Source of the DNA: Mobula hypostoma
Lineage: Eukaryota
Assembly: GCF_963921235.1 (NCBI RefSeq)
Contig: NC_086097.1
Coordinates: 117,430,001-117,494,000 of the forward strand
Length of the DNA: 64,000 nt
Reading direction: 5' to 3'
Shown here: positions 38,337-51,999 of the stretch, piece after piece
How positions within the stretch are numbered: the stretch's first letter is position 1
Layout of the letters: each line of letters opens with the position of its first letter
Notes under the pieces: model-generated
Told to the model about the DNA's origin: nothing
The model's database searches: none
What the model saw: the letters and a program-made list of their open reading frames with translations, nothing else
Position numbers and translations under genes: made by a program

Positions 38337-40002
38337 CACTGTTGTTGTTGAACACTTTCTCATCCCTTCCATTTATCTGAGCTAGTCACAGTGTCTTAAG
38401 GCTGTCCACAATTGATATTAATGCATTCATGATTGGGCATCAGGTAGACAAGATGAAACAGTGTTAATCAAAGAGAAAGTTACAGCAACATGTCACAGGA
38501 CTGATTTGTGTATTACGACATAAGGAGCATTCAGGGAAAAGATTGCAAAAAGATCATGAGACAGGTGTACAATTGAATGTACAGGTGATCACTTGTGCAC
38601 CTGTTCCTCCAAAACATACTGAGTTGCATTTAGAATCAGTTAGAGAAAAGCACATGAGAGTGGAAGTTAGAGCTAGATTTTATTTTTAACACTGAAAAAG
38701 GTGCATTATTCAATGATCATAGTAATGTGCATTGCTATCCCACATAAAATAGAGCTAATCTTCCCATGGTAAACTGGTTCCAGTCTGATTGGTGTGAGGC
38801 GTTCTGTCCAAGGATTTGCTTCAACCGTTGTACGAGTCTGAACAGACCATCGGACAGGAAGTATATGTATGAATTGTGCTGACATATGCGGATAATCAAA
38901 ATTTTAAACTATTAGATATGCAATTTAAAAAAAAATTAACATTTGAATAATTTATTCATACTGGAAAAAATTGAATACAATAAAATGCATGTAAATGAAC
39001 CTCATTAATTCAAAAACATGTATATTTACCTAAGACAATGCAGCCATCTTCTCTATTGAAGTTACTCAACATGCTGTACCTTTGATACATCCAGTTCAGA
39101 CCGATCCTCTTGACAGAGACCCTAGAACAGCTGTTAGGATCCCTGTTCCATTGGACTTTATGGGCATTTAGATAACAAAACCAAGAAAGTAAATCACAGG
39201 CATGAAGCTCAGAGGATTTTCGAGATCTTGACCTTGGCAGGAGTTCCAACGATCATGGTAGTTATGTGACTAAGTACTTGCTGTAGAACATGGAGCTGTT
39301 AGCATTTCTCATCAAAATGTGGCCCATTGTAGTTGACCTCTCATTATCTCCATATTTTGTCTCATTCTAGTGAAAACAAACAGCTGCAGAGAAGCTTTAT
39401 ATAACTTTGTCTTTCCCTTAGAACATTTATTATTTATGAACACCAGGCTGCTGAGAATATTTGTGGAAATCACATTCTTTGCACTTTAAATAGGGTGTTA
39501 AAGACACCTCCTCTACCAGCTGAGCAACATCTGCTTTTTAGTCATGTGCTTTGACACAAAGTAGAGGAATTACTTCTGTCAAAGTTTAAAAACAGTTTGC
39601 TTTTGATATTTAAGTGAGTAAATTGTGATTCAGCAGCCACTCTTGATTCAGCGATGAAAATATGACACATGGCATCAAAATTCTCTGTTTCAGATACTGG
39701 AAGACTCTATATTAGTCCGGGGGAGTGGAATTGGGTGCTGGGCATCCATTCTGTGACGTTCCCAATCTTTTTGGCAACCAGTAAACAAAATGGTCTCATG
39801 ATACATCTGCAGTAATACAATGATGAAGTGGGAGGTAGGAAACGGATGTGAGATGTTGTGATATGAAAATAATGTGTTGCAATTTAGAGTGACATATGCA
39901 TCCTTGGGATCTGCAATACTGAGGCCTGGATTCAGAAATGTGAGGAGCAACAGTAACAACCCGAAAGACGAGAGGAATGCTTGCTCTGTTTCTAGCTTTC
40001 TG

Positions 40003-40247
40003 GGTGGCATAGCAGTGTAGCAGTTAGCATAATGCTATTACAACAATAGCAAAAGGTGGTCAATACCCATCATTGTCTGCAAGGAGTTTGTATGTTCTCC
40101 CTGTGAACTCCTGGGTTTCTTCCAGATACTCTGGTTTCCTCCTGCAAAGGTGCACGTAGTTAATTGGCCACATGGCTGTAATTGGGCGGCACAGATTCAT
40201 TAGGCTAGAAGGGCCTGTTACCGTGTCATCTCTCTAAATAAAATAAA
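40003..40247 (+). mobile_element. V-SINE (HE1-like)
   Basis: GGAGTTTGTATGTTCTCCCTGTG..CTCTGGTTTCCTCC; (TAAAA)n tail. Confidence 0.8.
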
Positions 40248-41204
40248 TCAATTTGGCCCAACATTCTGCTACAACAGACATTAAAATAAATATTCTTTCT
40301 TGTTACCTGAAGCAAATGGTCTGTCAACATTGTCAATAGTGTGGAAACAACCTGCAGCACACAAATACATCAGAATCCAGTAAATGAGTTGTGACTATGT
40401 CTAAAAATAAAGGAGGGATTATCACAGTTCACTATGTTTCCACTAAAAGAACAGGATATTTGCAAACTCCAGTTAAAAAAAAAACTGTGGTTTTGAGATC
40501 TACAACTGAATTTGAACATAACATTCAATCTAATGTTCCATTATAGTGCAATTCTGTGTTCTCAGGATTGTTGCCCCTTTGGATAAAACATCACACTCAC
40601 AATTAATAGCACATTGAAGGGAAACCAGTGTATGCTTCATGTCCTGGTTAATATGTTCCCTCAAAGAAAGCATTTGTAATTGCACGAGTTAGTTAACTTG
40701 TTAATATTTGCGAAATATTGCTGTATGCAGAAAATGGATGCTGCATTTATTTTTGTAACAGTTATTACTGTTTGAATGATTGAGAAATAAGTTTTTTGAA
40801 AGCGAGCTCTCAAATTGTAACACTGGAACACGATGGCACACTTCTTATTATTTTTCCCCAAACCTTAGGTAAAAGTTTGACTACATTTTATGTTGAAAGC
40901 ATTACTGGGGCCTAATGTGGTGTTAATTGACCTGTAATTTCACAACATCATGAGAAATTCCAACCTTGAAACTTTCCTTCTAATAGTCTTGTGCCCATGA
41001 GACTGAGGTATTTTCTCAGTTACAGTAAGTGAAGCTTTCTTTTTCAGATGGTTGAGTTGGTAAACACAACTGGTATCCATTAGTACACAGATTTGTTATT
41101 TAGGGGAAAATTATGACCTTATATTTAAAAATGAGACTGAAAATAGCCAAAACTCAGAACGTTTTCTAAATTGCATAGCTACTTGTAACAGATAGTTATT
41201 CTTT

Positions 41205-41445
41205 ATTTTATTCAGAGCATAAAACAGGCCTTTCTGGCTCAACGAGGCGCACCGCACAGCAACCCACTTACTTAAAACTAGCTTAATCACAAAACAATTG
41301 ACAATGACAAATTAACACACTAATTGCATTGTAGGAGGAAGCCCAGCGGGTCAAGGGGAGAATGTACAAACTCCTTACAGATGTCGCTAGTATTGAACTC
41401 TGAACTCTGGATGCCCCAAGATGTAGTAGTGTTACACTACCATGA
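41205..41445 (-). mobile_element. V-SINE remnant
   Basis: Reverse complement of GGAGTTTGTACATTCTCCCC at ~41356-41375. Confidence 0.6.
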
Positions 41446-43564
41446 TATCAGTTCATTCCTTAATTTTATTGAGAAAAATGTTTTTTTTACATTATGTATT
41501 GCTTTACTTTGCCTTTGCTTTGTAAACTTAAAGGAAATAATTGGAATATTTTGTATTGGATTTGATAAGCTAATTGTTTTTTATCCCTGTACTAACATAC
41601 AGGAAGATCAAGAACACGGAGCAGTAGTGGACCAGTCAGGTTCTGAAATCCTTCCCCTTGAGCTCCAGGTTCATTCCTCATGTGTCAGCTGTGACACGGT
41701 GGGTGGCCTCCAAGATCAGAAATTGTGGGCTCAAATTTTCTCTTGAGTTCAGTAAACTGGGTTGACACCATATGGTGAGGTGTGCTTTAGGAGTCTGAAA
41801 TGAGCTGCTGGCAGAAGTGGTGGATGCAGGTTCATTTTCAACATAGAAGAGAAATTAGGATCGGCACATGAATGGGAGGTGTATGGAGGACTCTGGTCTG
41901 GGTGCAGGTGATGGGACTAGGTTCCATTAGATTCAATGGTTCAATAGAAAATGTATACAATATACAACCTGAAATTCTTATTCTTTGCAGACATCCGGGA
42001 AACAGAAGAGACCCCCAAAGACTGAATGACAGAAAAACATTAGAACTCCAAAGCTCCCCCAATGCACAAGCAGCAGCAAGCATCAACCCTCCCCACTCCC
42101 TTTTCCCCTACTTGTTCCAGCATGAAGCATCAGCGCTCACCACCCACCAAGCAAGCAGTAGCAAAGCCCCAATGAGAGACCATGATTTGCAGTCCAACAA
42201 AAACCACTGTTCACCTAACAATTCAATCTGTCACAGATTCTCTCTCTCACTCACAAGGGACAGAAAAGGTTTGCCCCCCCCAACCCCCACCTTGCACAAC
42301 GAGAGGGAAGTACAACAAACAGCTTGCTGCTACGATGTTACAGTCTGCAGTGTTGCTTTTACTTTGAGTTTCTCTGGCTGGAGAATTAGCAGCAAACTCT
42401 CCCCCACCATCGAGAGTGAGAGAGATTGTCCGATTGCAGCGGCCTCCGACAGCCACACCTGCTGTCACGGTGTTCTGTTCTCCTACGATGCTTCAGTTGC
42501 CAATACCGGTGAAGAATCAGGTCCATAGGGCTGTGCAGGGCCACACCTCATGGGCACACATTTTCCTGGCTGCTCCTGGAGTTACTGAAAATGGCTGGTC
42601 AGCGAGCTGTGGGAGCAGGAGCTCACTGGCGTGAAGAACCGCACTTTGAGTGCAGCTGGAGGTCACAGACTCTGACAGAACCCCACACCACCTTGGAAAG
42701 AAAAAAAAGAGACAGAATAATAGTTGGACAAGGACGAGACGGTCTGTTTCTGTGCTCCAGTGGTCTATGACTTTTAGGCTTATCCTTCATGCCAGACATT
42801 ATACTGTACCGTATTTCTGTAGCCCTCCAGGTAGATGTAAAATATCCCAATTGTACTGTATCAAAGAAGAGGCAGCATTCTTTGTCCTGGCCAACATTTC
42901 AAAAGCAAATGCTATCTCAGGACTCAGTAACCTCAGGACTCCCACCACCAAGTTGAAGAACAGTTACCATCACTCAACCATCAGGCTCCCATCGTTGAGA
43001 TGTTTCCCACAACCAATGATCTCACTTTATGGACTCTTTATCTCATTATCTCTTGTTCTCATTATTTATTGCTATTTATTTATATTTGCACTTGCACAGT
43101 TTGTTGTCTTCTGCACTCCGATTGATCTTTCACTGATCCTATTATTGTTACTATTCAATCAATTTGCTGAGTATGCCCACAAGAAAATGAATTTCAGGGT
43201 TGTATATGGTGACAAAGATGTACTTTGATAGAAGAATTTACTTCTACCTAGCTGTCCTTACATTCATGCTAGTGTAATGCATGAATTGTTTTTTGGGTAC
43301 ATGCAACAATACCTTCAATTCAAATGGTACTTCATTCACCCCATAACTCTCTGGGATACCTTAGAGTTTTAAAGAGTGCTTTACAACAACAAGACTAGTA
43401 TGAAACTAGGCATTGAGAAATAATTATATGGCATTTACAATAGTTTAGTTGCAGTTCAGATGGAGAATAAAGATAGTTTAAATAAGGCTGATAGTTTAAA
43501 TAAAGGAGTTTCAGGTGTTTTCACAGTAGATGATGAAATTAATATCGTAGAAGCTAAATGTCCA

Positions 43565-44460
43565 ATCATAGCATCACAGATTCATATAGTACTGCAGATA
43601 GTTCATCTAGTTCATGCTGACTATTATTATGCCTAGTCCCACTGACTGCACCTGGAACATAGCCATCCATACCCCTCCAATCCGTGCACTGTCCCAACTT
43701 CTCCTCAATGCTGAAATTGAACCAGCATCCACCATTTCCACTGGCAGCTTGTTCTGACATCTCATTACCCTCTGAATGAAGAACTTCCTCCTCATGTTTC
43801 TGTTAAATATTTCAGCTTTCACCCTTAACATTTGACCTCTAGTTCGTGTCTCACAGAACTTCAGAGGAAAAAGCCTGCTTGCATTTACTCCTCATATGTT
43901 TGCCCCTCTATCAAATCTCCCCTCATTCTCCTATGCTCCAACTTTCCCTCCAACACAGGTCCTCAAGTCCTGAGAATATCCTTGTAAATATTCTCTGTAC
44001 CATTTCAATCTTATTGATATCTTTATTGTAAACAGGTGACTAGAACTGCATACAATACTCCAAATAAGGCCTCAACAATGTCTTATCCAACTTCAACATA
44101 ATATCCCAACGCCTATACTTAATACTTTGATTTGTGAGAGCTGATGTGCCAAAGGCTTTCTTTAAGATCCCATTTACCCGTGATGCCACTTTCAAGGAAT
44201 TACAGGTCGGCGTTCCTGGCTCCCTCTGTTCTACTACATTTATTAGTGCCCTGTCATTCACAAGACCAGAAGATCATAAGATATAGGAGCAGAATTAGAT
44301 CATATGGCTCATTGAGTCTGCTCTGCTATTTCATCGTGGCTGATCCAATTTTCCTCTCAGTATGCAATCCTACCCTGGTTTGTCCTCTCAAAGTAAAACA
44401 TCTCATACTAGTTTGTGTTAAATTCAGTCTGCCATTTTTCAGCCCATGTTTCCAGCTGGT
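43565..44460 (-). mobile_element. CR1 3' fragments
   Basis: KTLLRPYLEYCMQF, RKFFIQRV. Confidence 0.8.
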
Positions 44461-44578
44461 CCATACCAGTCACCTCATCATTGTCTCTTTTAGCCTGGAG
44501 TTATTTTTATTGTTTGTTTGGTTTTATCATGACTTCACAAGCTCTTGCAAATATCAATTGTATTTTTTTTGTTGCTCA

Positions 44579-45325
44579 TGTAAGGGGTTTCTTCTTTTAT
44601 GTTACTGCTAAGGCTAATGAAAATGGCTCCTTTGTTATGTTAGAATAAAATGGCTTCTTTGTTATGTTAGAATAAAACGGCTTCTTTGTTATGTTAACTG
44701 TTGAGAAAGTGCTTCTCTCTAGCAGCTTGTTTGGGTTATAATTACTGATAACGAGAATTGTATTCATTTGCTAACCAATTGGGATAGATGTTATTCTTTC
44801 TTATGTGTCTGTAAGCTATTGTTTTTGCGGGCTTTGGGAGAGAAGGCACGATGGGGACAGAGAGAGGAGACGCGATGCTGTAAGCTGGGTGACGGAACGG
44901 ACCCCGAGCGGGAGTCCGAGGCCCAGGATCTTTGGCGAGGACAGGAGACGAGGACAGACTTGTGTGGAGTGTCTGGTCGACCACCGTGATTACTCCCAGG
45001 CTGCGGGTCGAGGAGGTCGGAGGGGATCGAATGGTGGAAAGAAAACTCCATTAATTGAGCTCCAACGGTTGTGCATGTAGTGGTTGAATTCTGATAAGTT
45101 TGACGCCTTTTACTTTCCTTTTATATTGCATCTCTATTACAGAGTTTCAGTAAGATTTATAGTGTAATCATTTAATCGCATATGGGGTGCTGTCTGTTAC
45201 TTGGCGTGGTGGGGTACATCACACAGCATCCACACAAACTCGATTACAGAGTTTGGCGGGGCCGAAGGCTGCTCCCCCTAGAGGGAAACAAGCTGAGCGA
45301 GCCTGAGGCGGACCAGGGGGCAACA
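44579..45325. mobile_element. Solo LTR
   Basis: TGTAA..CAACA ends; CTCA/CTAA flanks; reverse-complement homologue at 49596-50304. Confidence 0.85.
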
Positions 45326-46576
45326 CTAATTTACAATCATTTCTATTTCCTTCCTTGTTATCAGTACCTTGTATGTTGCTGTTCCTTAATTCCATTATAA
45401 TCTGACGACTTCTCAATAGTATTGTTAAATTCTATTATTCAAATGCTATCTTTAAACAAGAGTGGCATTTTGGTCAGTGAAAACAGGGTGGGACTTGCAC
45501 AGTAAATTGCAGAGGCCTGGAGAAACAAAGATGCATTGCTTCCTGACTCTGATGATGTAGATTGACAGGGTAGTGAAGAAGGCTTATGGCACATTTATCT
45601 TCATCGGTCAGGGCAACGGGAGAAGGAGCTGGGACATCATTTTGCAACTAAGAAGGTGCTGGTGAGATTCTTCTGTCTGAACCAATCCCGCTGCACGAGT
45701 CCATGCTCGGCTGCTGTTGGGAATTTGTGGCCGCCCTCCTCCTACCTGGTCAAGAGGAGCCAAACACTGCTGCTTCAGGTGGTTTGGAGTCTGAGGTTTG
45801 GAAAGCACAAATAGAACAGCGGGAGCCAGAGCACAAAGATGGAAATAAAAACTCGGAGAGAAATTTACCTGTGGAAACACACAAACTGCATCAGTTTGCA
45901 TTGAAACAAACAGCCATATGTGCAGAATATAACATAAACACCCACCACTTTCATGGCACTTCACCGCAAAAGAAGTGAATCTCTCCACACTCCATGTCCA
46001 TCTGCAACACCGGATGACTGATAAACAGCTGAATAAAGTACGGTGGTATTTTATGTTCCACCTGCCCTGCTTGCTAGTCATTAAGGAACGTATCCTCTTT
46101 TCTATTATTTAAACAAGAAATAATAGATCTATGCTTTTATAAAGAGATCTCAGCTCAAGAAGCCTGATTCAGTACTTTGATGGGAATTACAGGCCTGATA
46201 AGTTTGCTGCCTGAGGGTTGGGTAGGGAGGGAAAGAGATCGATTGATTATGAGTAACAAAATTAATTTCCCTCTCTTTGACCGCACCAATACTATTTATG
46301 CCTCCTGGATAAAGACAGTCTTGCCTATCACATATACTGTATTTATTTGTTCTCTTGGATCCTCCTCCTTTTCTGCTTTTTAAGATACTTGCTCCCCTAC
46401 TTTTCTGTGAAGAATGACCTAAATTAACTCTCCACAGTCGCTGCTTGATCTCAGGATTCAAGATTGCTTATGGTCATTCTTCAGTACACAAGTATAATGA
46501 AATGATTGTTACTCCAGATCTGATGCAGCATGAAAAAAAATACAAATAGCATAAAATACACAATAAATATTAAGCC

Positions 46577-47297
46577 AAGCAACACAGACAGAACGCTGGA
46601 GGAACTCAGCCGGCCAGGCAGCATCTGTGGAAAAGAGGTACAGTCAACGTTTCGATCTGAGACCCTTCAGCAGGATGGGAGGTAAAACAAGGTGAGGAGT
46701 AGATTTAAAAGGTGGGGGAGGGAAAGGAGAAACACAAGGTGAGAGGTGAAACCAGGAGGAGGAGGGGTGAAATAAAGAGCTGGGAAGTTGATTTGGTGAA
46801 AGATACAGGGCTGGAGAAGGGGGAATATAATAGGAGAGGCATAAGGACATAGAAGAAAAAGAAAGGGGAAGGAGCACCAGAGATGGGCAGGCAAAGAGAG
46901 GGAAAAGTGTATGGGGAACCGTGAAGGAGAGGGTGGAGGCATTACCGGAAGTTCAAGAAATTAATGTTCATACCATCAGGTTGGAGGTTACCCAGATGGA
47001 ATATAAGGTGTTGCTCCCCCAACCCGAGTGTGGCCTCAGCATGACAATAGAGGAGGCCATGGATAGATGTATCAGAATGGGAATGGGAAGTAGAATTAAA
47101 ATGGGTGGCCACTGGGAGATCCTACTTCTTCTGGCAGGCAGTACATAGGTGCTCTGCGAAGCTATCTCCCAATCTACATCGGATCTCACCGATATACAGG
47201 AGACCAAACTGGGAGAACTGGGCACAGTATATGACCCTTGGCCTGCTGAGTTCCAGCATGTTGCCTGGATTTCCAGCATCTGCAGATTTTCTCTTGT
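46577..47297 (-). mobile_element. 5'-truncated Penelope-like element (GIY-YIG endonuclease, inverted terminal repeat)
   Basis: VIYCAQFSQFGLLYIGEIRCRLGDSFAEHL; pyrimidine-rich 3' UTR; hammerhead-like CTGCTGAAGGGTCTCAGATCGAAACGTTGACTGTA; inverted copy of the terminus at 47240-47297. Confidence 0.88.
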
Positions 47298-48099
47298 TTG
47301 TGATTGTAAATATAAAAACAATCCTATAAAACAGAAAGTACAAATAATGCTTAAGGGTGGCTATATATATGTAGGTGAAGGGTAGGGTTGTGAATTGGGT
47401 TATTGGGTGCAGGCATTGATCAGCCGGATGGTTTGGGGGTAGTAGCTGTTTTTGAGTCTTATGGATGTTGCGTAGCCTCTTCCCAGATGGGAGTGAGGCA
47501 ACAGTCAATAAGCAGGGTGGGTGGGATCCTTTATAATATTGCTGGTCTTCTCCTGTCGTATTTCTTTATATATGCTGAATATCTCTTGCATTGCATCTAT
47601 AATCTGTTGAGTATCTCCAGCATTTCCGCCTTTTATTTGTCAATAGCTTCTGCAGGTTAGTTTTGTTTTCTGTTCTTTGAGCACTCCAACTTGTGGATTT
47701 GAACAATGGTTGGTAGTCATCATGACAAATGATGCAGTTGAGTGGAGTGGATATTTGCATATATTTCTCTTTTTGGTATTCACATTATTGACAGAAGCAT
47801 TGAAAGGCTAACAATTGAAACTGAAGATTCTATGATTAGAAAGCCCGCCATGAATTACTGGGGGTAAATAGGTTCAGCTGATCTTATAGCACCAATTGGT
47901 CATTACATTGTGATAATTAGTTGGGTCGATTGTCCTATTCTTGAAGTCAGGACATACCTGGGCAACTTTCCTCATTGTTGGCTATATTCCGGCATTGTAT
48001 CTGTTCTGGAACAGATTAGCATTGCTAATTCTGGAGCTTTATTACACAGTGATATGCTATGCTGCAGAGAGGCCTCAGTGGCTATCAGCAATTAACCAA

Positions 48100-49124
48100 G
48101 GCTACGTCCACACTACGCTGGATAATTTTGATAATGCCGGTTTCGAGTAAAAACAACAGGCGTCCACACTAAGCGTTTTTCAAAATATCTCTGTCCACAT
48201 TAGACGGATATTTGGGCGAATCTCCTCCTACTGGGCATGTGCAGGACACACAGAAAACAAGCAAAGAGGAAACGGTGCGTGTTTGTCCAGTTACAGAGTA
48301 GAAAGATTTAAAAGGAATTGCTCTTGGCTCTCACGCAGGAGGACTTAAAACTAAAAAAAAACAAATACTAGAGTATGGAGGCAACCGACAGGGAGTTCAG
48401 GGACAGTACGACCTGGCTGACGATGAACATTGAAAAACTGACGAACTCTGTTTCATTAATAAAGCACCTTGTTAAATGTATAAAACATGTCTGCATCAGT
48501 GTTGTCTTGTATTTCCATAAATGTTACATTAGGCTGTTACACATCTATTGTCAAAGAAGTACTTGCATAAATAGGTAAACCACCTTGGTTCTTGATCCTC
48601 CAAAATATTCCGCATGGAATTTAAATTGGAGGTGGTGGAGGGTGTTTTCTGTCGTTACCTTCATACAAGCAAGGACAGAAAACAGGGCAAAGTGAGTATA
48701 CTTATTTATTCAGTAAGCTATGCGTCGAAGTACATTTCTAACTCTTCTGGATTCAGTCTTGTTGCTGTCTGTTCTGAAATTGTTAGGTTCTGCGAAGCGC
48801 AGAATGAAATATCGCTGTGATGATTGTACGTTCTAGTATCAATTGTTTGGTGACAATAAAGTAATAATAATAATAATAAAACAATGAAATGCCACACTGC
48901 CGCCATCTGTTGCGGCACGTCATGACAGCAGTTTTAAAAAGCTCCGTTTCCCATGTCCACACTGCAACAGATATTAGGCGTTTTCAGATTTATTCACTCT
49001 GAAGAGCGGTTCTGAAAATCTCCATTTTCGGGGGATGAAAACGCCGTTTTAGTGTGGACAGATGGTCATAACAAAGAGAAAAAGCTTTGTTTTCAAAATT
49101 ATCCAGTGTAGTGTGGACGTAGCC
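48100..49124. mobile_element. Non-autonomous PIF/Harbinger-type DNA transposon (MITE)
   Basis: TIR GGCTACGTCCACACTAC / GTAGTGTGGACGTAGCC with extended imperfect inverted subtermini; 3-bp TSD CAA; no ORF. Confidence 0.85.
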
Positions 49125-49386
49125 CAAGACTTTAACTCTTTATGCTTGAAGCAAATCCCGTTGGCATGCTTATAAAGTTGGGCAGCGCTGGTTTACAGCA
49201 ATTCCTAAGGTTGCAAGACTACTGAGACTTCCCTCCGCAAAATGAAAGATTTGACATACCCTTAAACTAAGTGAAATTAAGTAGCTCTGGTATAATGGAA
49301 ATGATTAATCACAGAATCATATCAAAACGCATATATGAAACCTACAACTTACAATACTGTTGTCACTTAATAGTAATTTTTGATGT

Positions 49387-49595
49387 AACACACACAAAAA
49401 ACTTGAGGAACTCAACAGGTCAGAAAATATCTGAATAAATAGAGACATATTTCAGGCCAAAACACTTTATCACGACTGAAACATTGACTGTTTTATTCCT
49501 CTCCATTGATGCTTCCTGACCTGTTGAGTTCCTCCAGCATTTTGTTTGTGTGTGTGTGTGTTACTCTGGATTTCCAGCATCTGCAGAATCTCTTG
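49387..49595. mobile_element. Palindromic Penelope-terminus mini-element
   Basis: AACACACACAAAA..GAGGAACTCAACAGGTCAG and its inverse CTGACCTGTTGAGTTCCTCCAGCATTTTG. Confidence 0.75.
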
Positions 49596-50304
49596 TGTAG
49601 CCTCTTGGTAAACCTCAGGCTCACTCAGCTTGTTTTCATCTAGAGGGAGCAGCCTTCGGCCCCGCTATACTAGGTAATCAAGTTTGTGTAGATGCTGTAT
49701 GATGTACCCCACCATGCCAAATAACAGACTGTACAACATATGCGATTAAATGATTACAATTTATAAGTATTTCTTGGTGATGGGTTAATAGAAACAAATA
49801 TAATAAAGGTGCCAAGTCAGTAACTCTATCAGTTCTGTGCACAAATAATTCGTTAGAGCTCTTACAGAACCGGGTCTCCCTTCCCTCCAATCGATGTCCT
49901 CCGAACTCCGCTGACCCTCGAATGGAACCACCCTTGGTGGTCGACCAAAAGCTCCACACGAGCTGTTCTCGTCTCCTCTCCTCGATGAAGACTCAGACTC
50001 CCGCTCGGGGTCCGTTCCGTCGCCCAGCTTACAGCATCGCGTCTCCTCTCTCTGTCCCCATCGTGCCTTTTGCCCAAAGCCTGCGAAAACAATAGCTTAC
50101 AGAGACACAAGAAAGAATAACATCTATCCCAATTGGTTAGCAAATGAATACAATTCTTGTTATCAGTAATTATAACCCAAACAAGCTGCTAGAGAGAAGC
50201 ACTTTCTCAGCAATTTACAGAACAGAGAAGCCATTTTATTATAAAATAACACAGAAGCCATTTTATTAGCCTTAGCAGTAACATAAAAGAAGAAACCCCT
50301 TACA
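49596..50304. mobile_element. Solo LTR, inverted relative to 44579-45325
   Basis: TGTAG..TTACA ends; perfect 4-bp TSD CTTG. Confidence 0.88.
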
Positions 50305-50870
50305 CTTGTCTTTAGTCATTTCTGATAGCCCAACACAATTCCATTTTGCCTTTTTAGTAGATGCAGTCTGGTTGCTAGAAGATTGGTCCTTTCCCCATTG
50401 AGTCTCCATGGATGTCCTGGTGAACTAAGTGAAGCTTTTGACTAGGATGGGATGGCTTCAGATTGCTGGCTCCTGCCAACTGGAAGAGCAGTCTGGGATA
50501 ACATCCTGCAAGGCATGAGTGAGGGGTTGTGGGTGTCCTGGTGCGCACGTGAGGAGCTTGTAAATGAGATGGATCTACCCATTTGCCTGTCAGCAGCCAA
50601 AGCAACCAGCATTATTTCACATTCCAAATTCAGATGTGACCTAGTCGACAAGCCCCATCTTCAATTCCTCTTGTTATCAGTCTTCTTTTTGGTTCAATCT
50701 GTGTAGGATACTGCTCACAGTTTACAGAGGTGTGAACGTTTAGTAGTGGATGGATGTTGGAGGTACATAACTCTTCTCCTGAGTTCATATGTGACATATG
50801 CCACCTCTGGAAGTCAAGTGATCTGGTCACATGTGGCAGTTCTCTTCTCATTAAGGACACCAGCTTGCTG

Positions 50871-51011
50871 CTGCCATTTGCCTTTTCCATAAGATGGATA
50901 TACTGTTCCCATACAGCAAATACCCTCTAAATGGATCATTACTGCCATTTGCCTGTTCCATAAGATGGTTATACTGTTCCCATATAGCAAATGCCCTCCA
51001 AATGAATCATT
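50871..51011. repeat. Two-copy 71-bp tandem duplication
   Basis: CTGCCATTTGCCT.TTCCATAAGATGG.TATACTGTTCCCATA.AGCAAAT.CCCTC.AAATG.ATCATT twice. Confidence 0.9.
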
Positions 51012-51217
51012 GCAAGACTGGAGCAAAATATTTATTTAAGAGCAAATCCAATTACTTTAACTGACGAGGTATATTTTGATTTAACAAGCACGTCAGCCAC
51101 TCTATTCACATATTCTTGCTGTCTTTACTGCTAGATCAATATATTTTTGCATGTGTTCACTAGGAATTGGTTTGTTATTTTAAGTACGGGGACTGTGCAG
51201 ACGTTAAAAATCTTGAA

Positions 51218-51398
51218 TAACACATACAAAATGTTGGAGGAACTCAGATGATCAGGCAGCATCCACAGAGAGGAATAAACAGTGGACAATTTGGGCCAGG
51301 GCCTAACTTCTGACAAAGAGTTTCAGCGTGAAACATCGACTGTTTATTCCTCTCCATAGATGCTACCCGACCTGTTGAGTTCCTCCAGCATTTTGTGT
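51218..51398. mobile_element. Palindromic Penelope-terminus mini-element
   Basis: Inverted arms; central CTGACAAAGAGTTTCAGCGTGAAACATCGACTG. Confidence 0.75.
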
Positions 51399-51999
51399 AG
51401 TTTATTAGTGTCGCATGTACTAAGATACAGTGAAAATCTTGTCTTGCACACTGTTCGCACAGTTCAGACCATTACACAGTGCATTGAGATAGAACAAGGT
51501 AAAACAATAATAATGCAATAATATTTAACAGTTACAGATAAAGTCAGTGCAGATAAACAATAAGCTGCAAGATCTTTGAAAATACTTGTCAGATTTTGTT
51601 ATAAATTTGCATGATCTCACCAAACCAATATGACTGGTAATGCATGACTAACAATTTTCATTATTGCTTCCATTTGATTCCATGTATGCAAACCACAGAT
51701 TGTGCTGGATGCTTCAACAAGGAGTTATTTATATTTTATATATTTTCTTTTATATTTTATATGGCATTAGACAAAGGAAAGGATGATACAACAGAATAAG
51801 AGTTCACTACAAATGACAGGAGATTTAGAAATAATTCAAGTGACCAATCTTTAAATGTTGAGGGCTTAAGAAAAAGCAGATTAATTCTCTCCAGAATCTG
51901 AGTGATATCACCAATAGAACAGTGAATGAAATATTTGGTAGTCACAAACTGCAGAATTCTGAAATGATATTGGAATTAAGGTGCCAAATTGCTAAATTA

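Noticed and set aside
42650..43228. 192-aa ORF with hydrophobic C-terminus
   Set aside because: It runs across unrelated repeat fragments (SINE-like head and Rex/Babar 3' UTR); a chance ORF.
45608..46081. 157-aa ORF or exon
   Set aside because: No recognisable homology, ends in a CR1 fragment, and splice signals are ambiguous.
44579..50304. One large transposon with 700-bp TIRs
   Set aside because: Each repeat has TG..CA ends and its own distinct 4-bp TSD.
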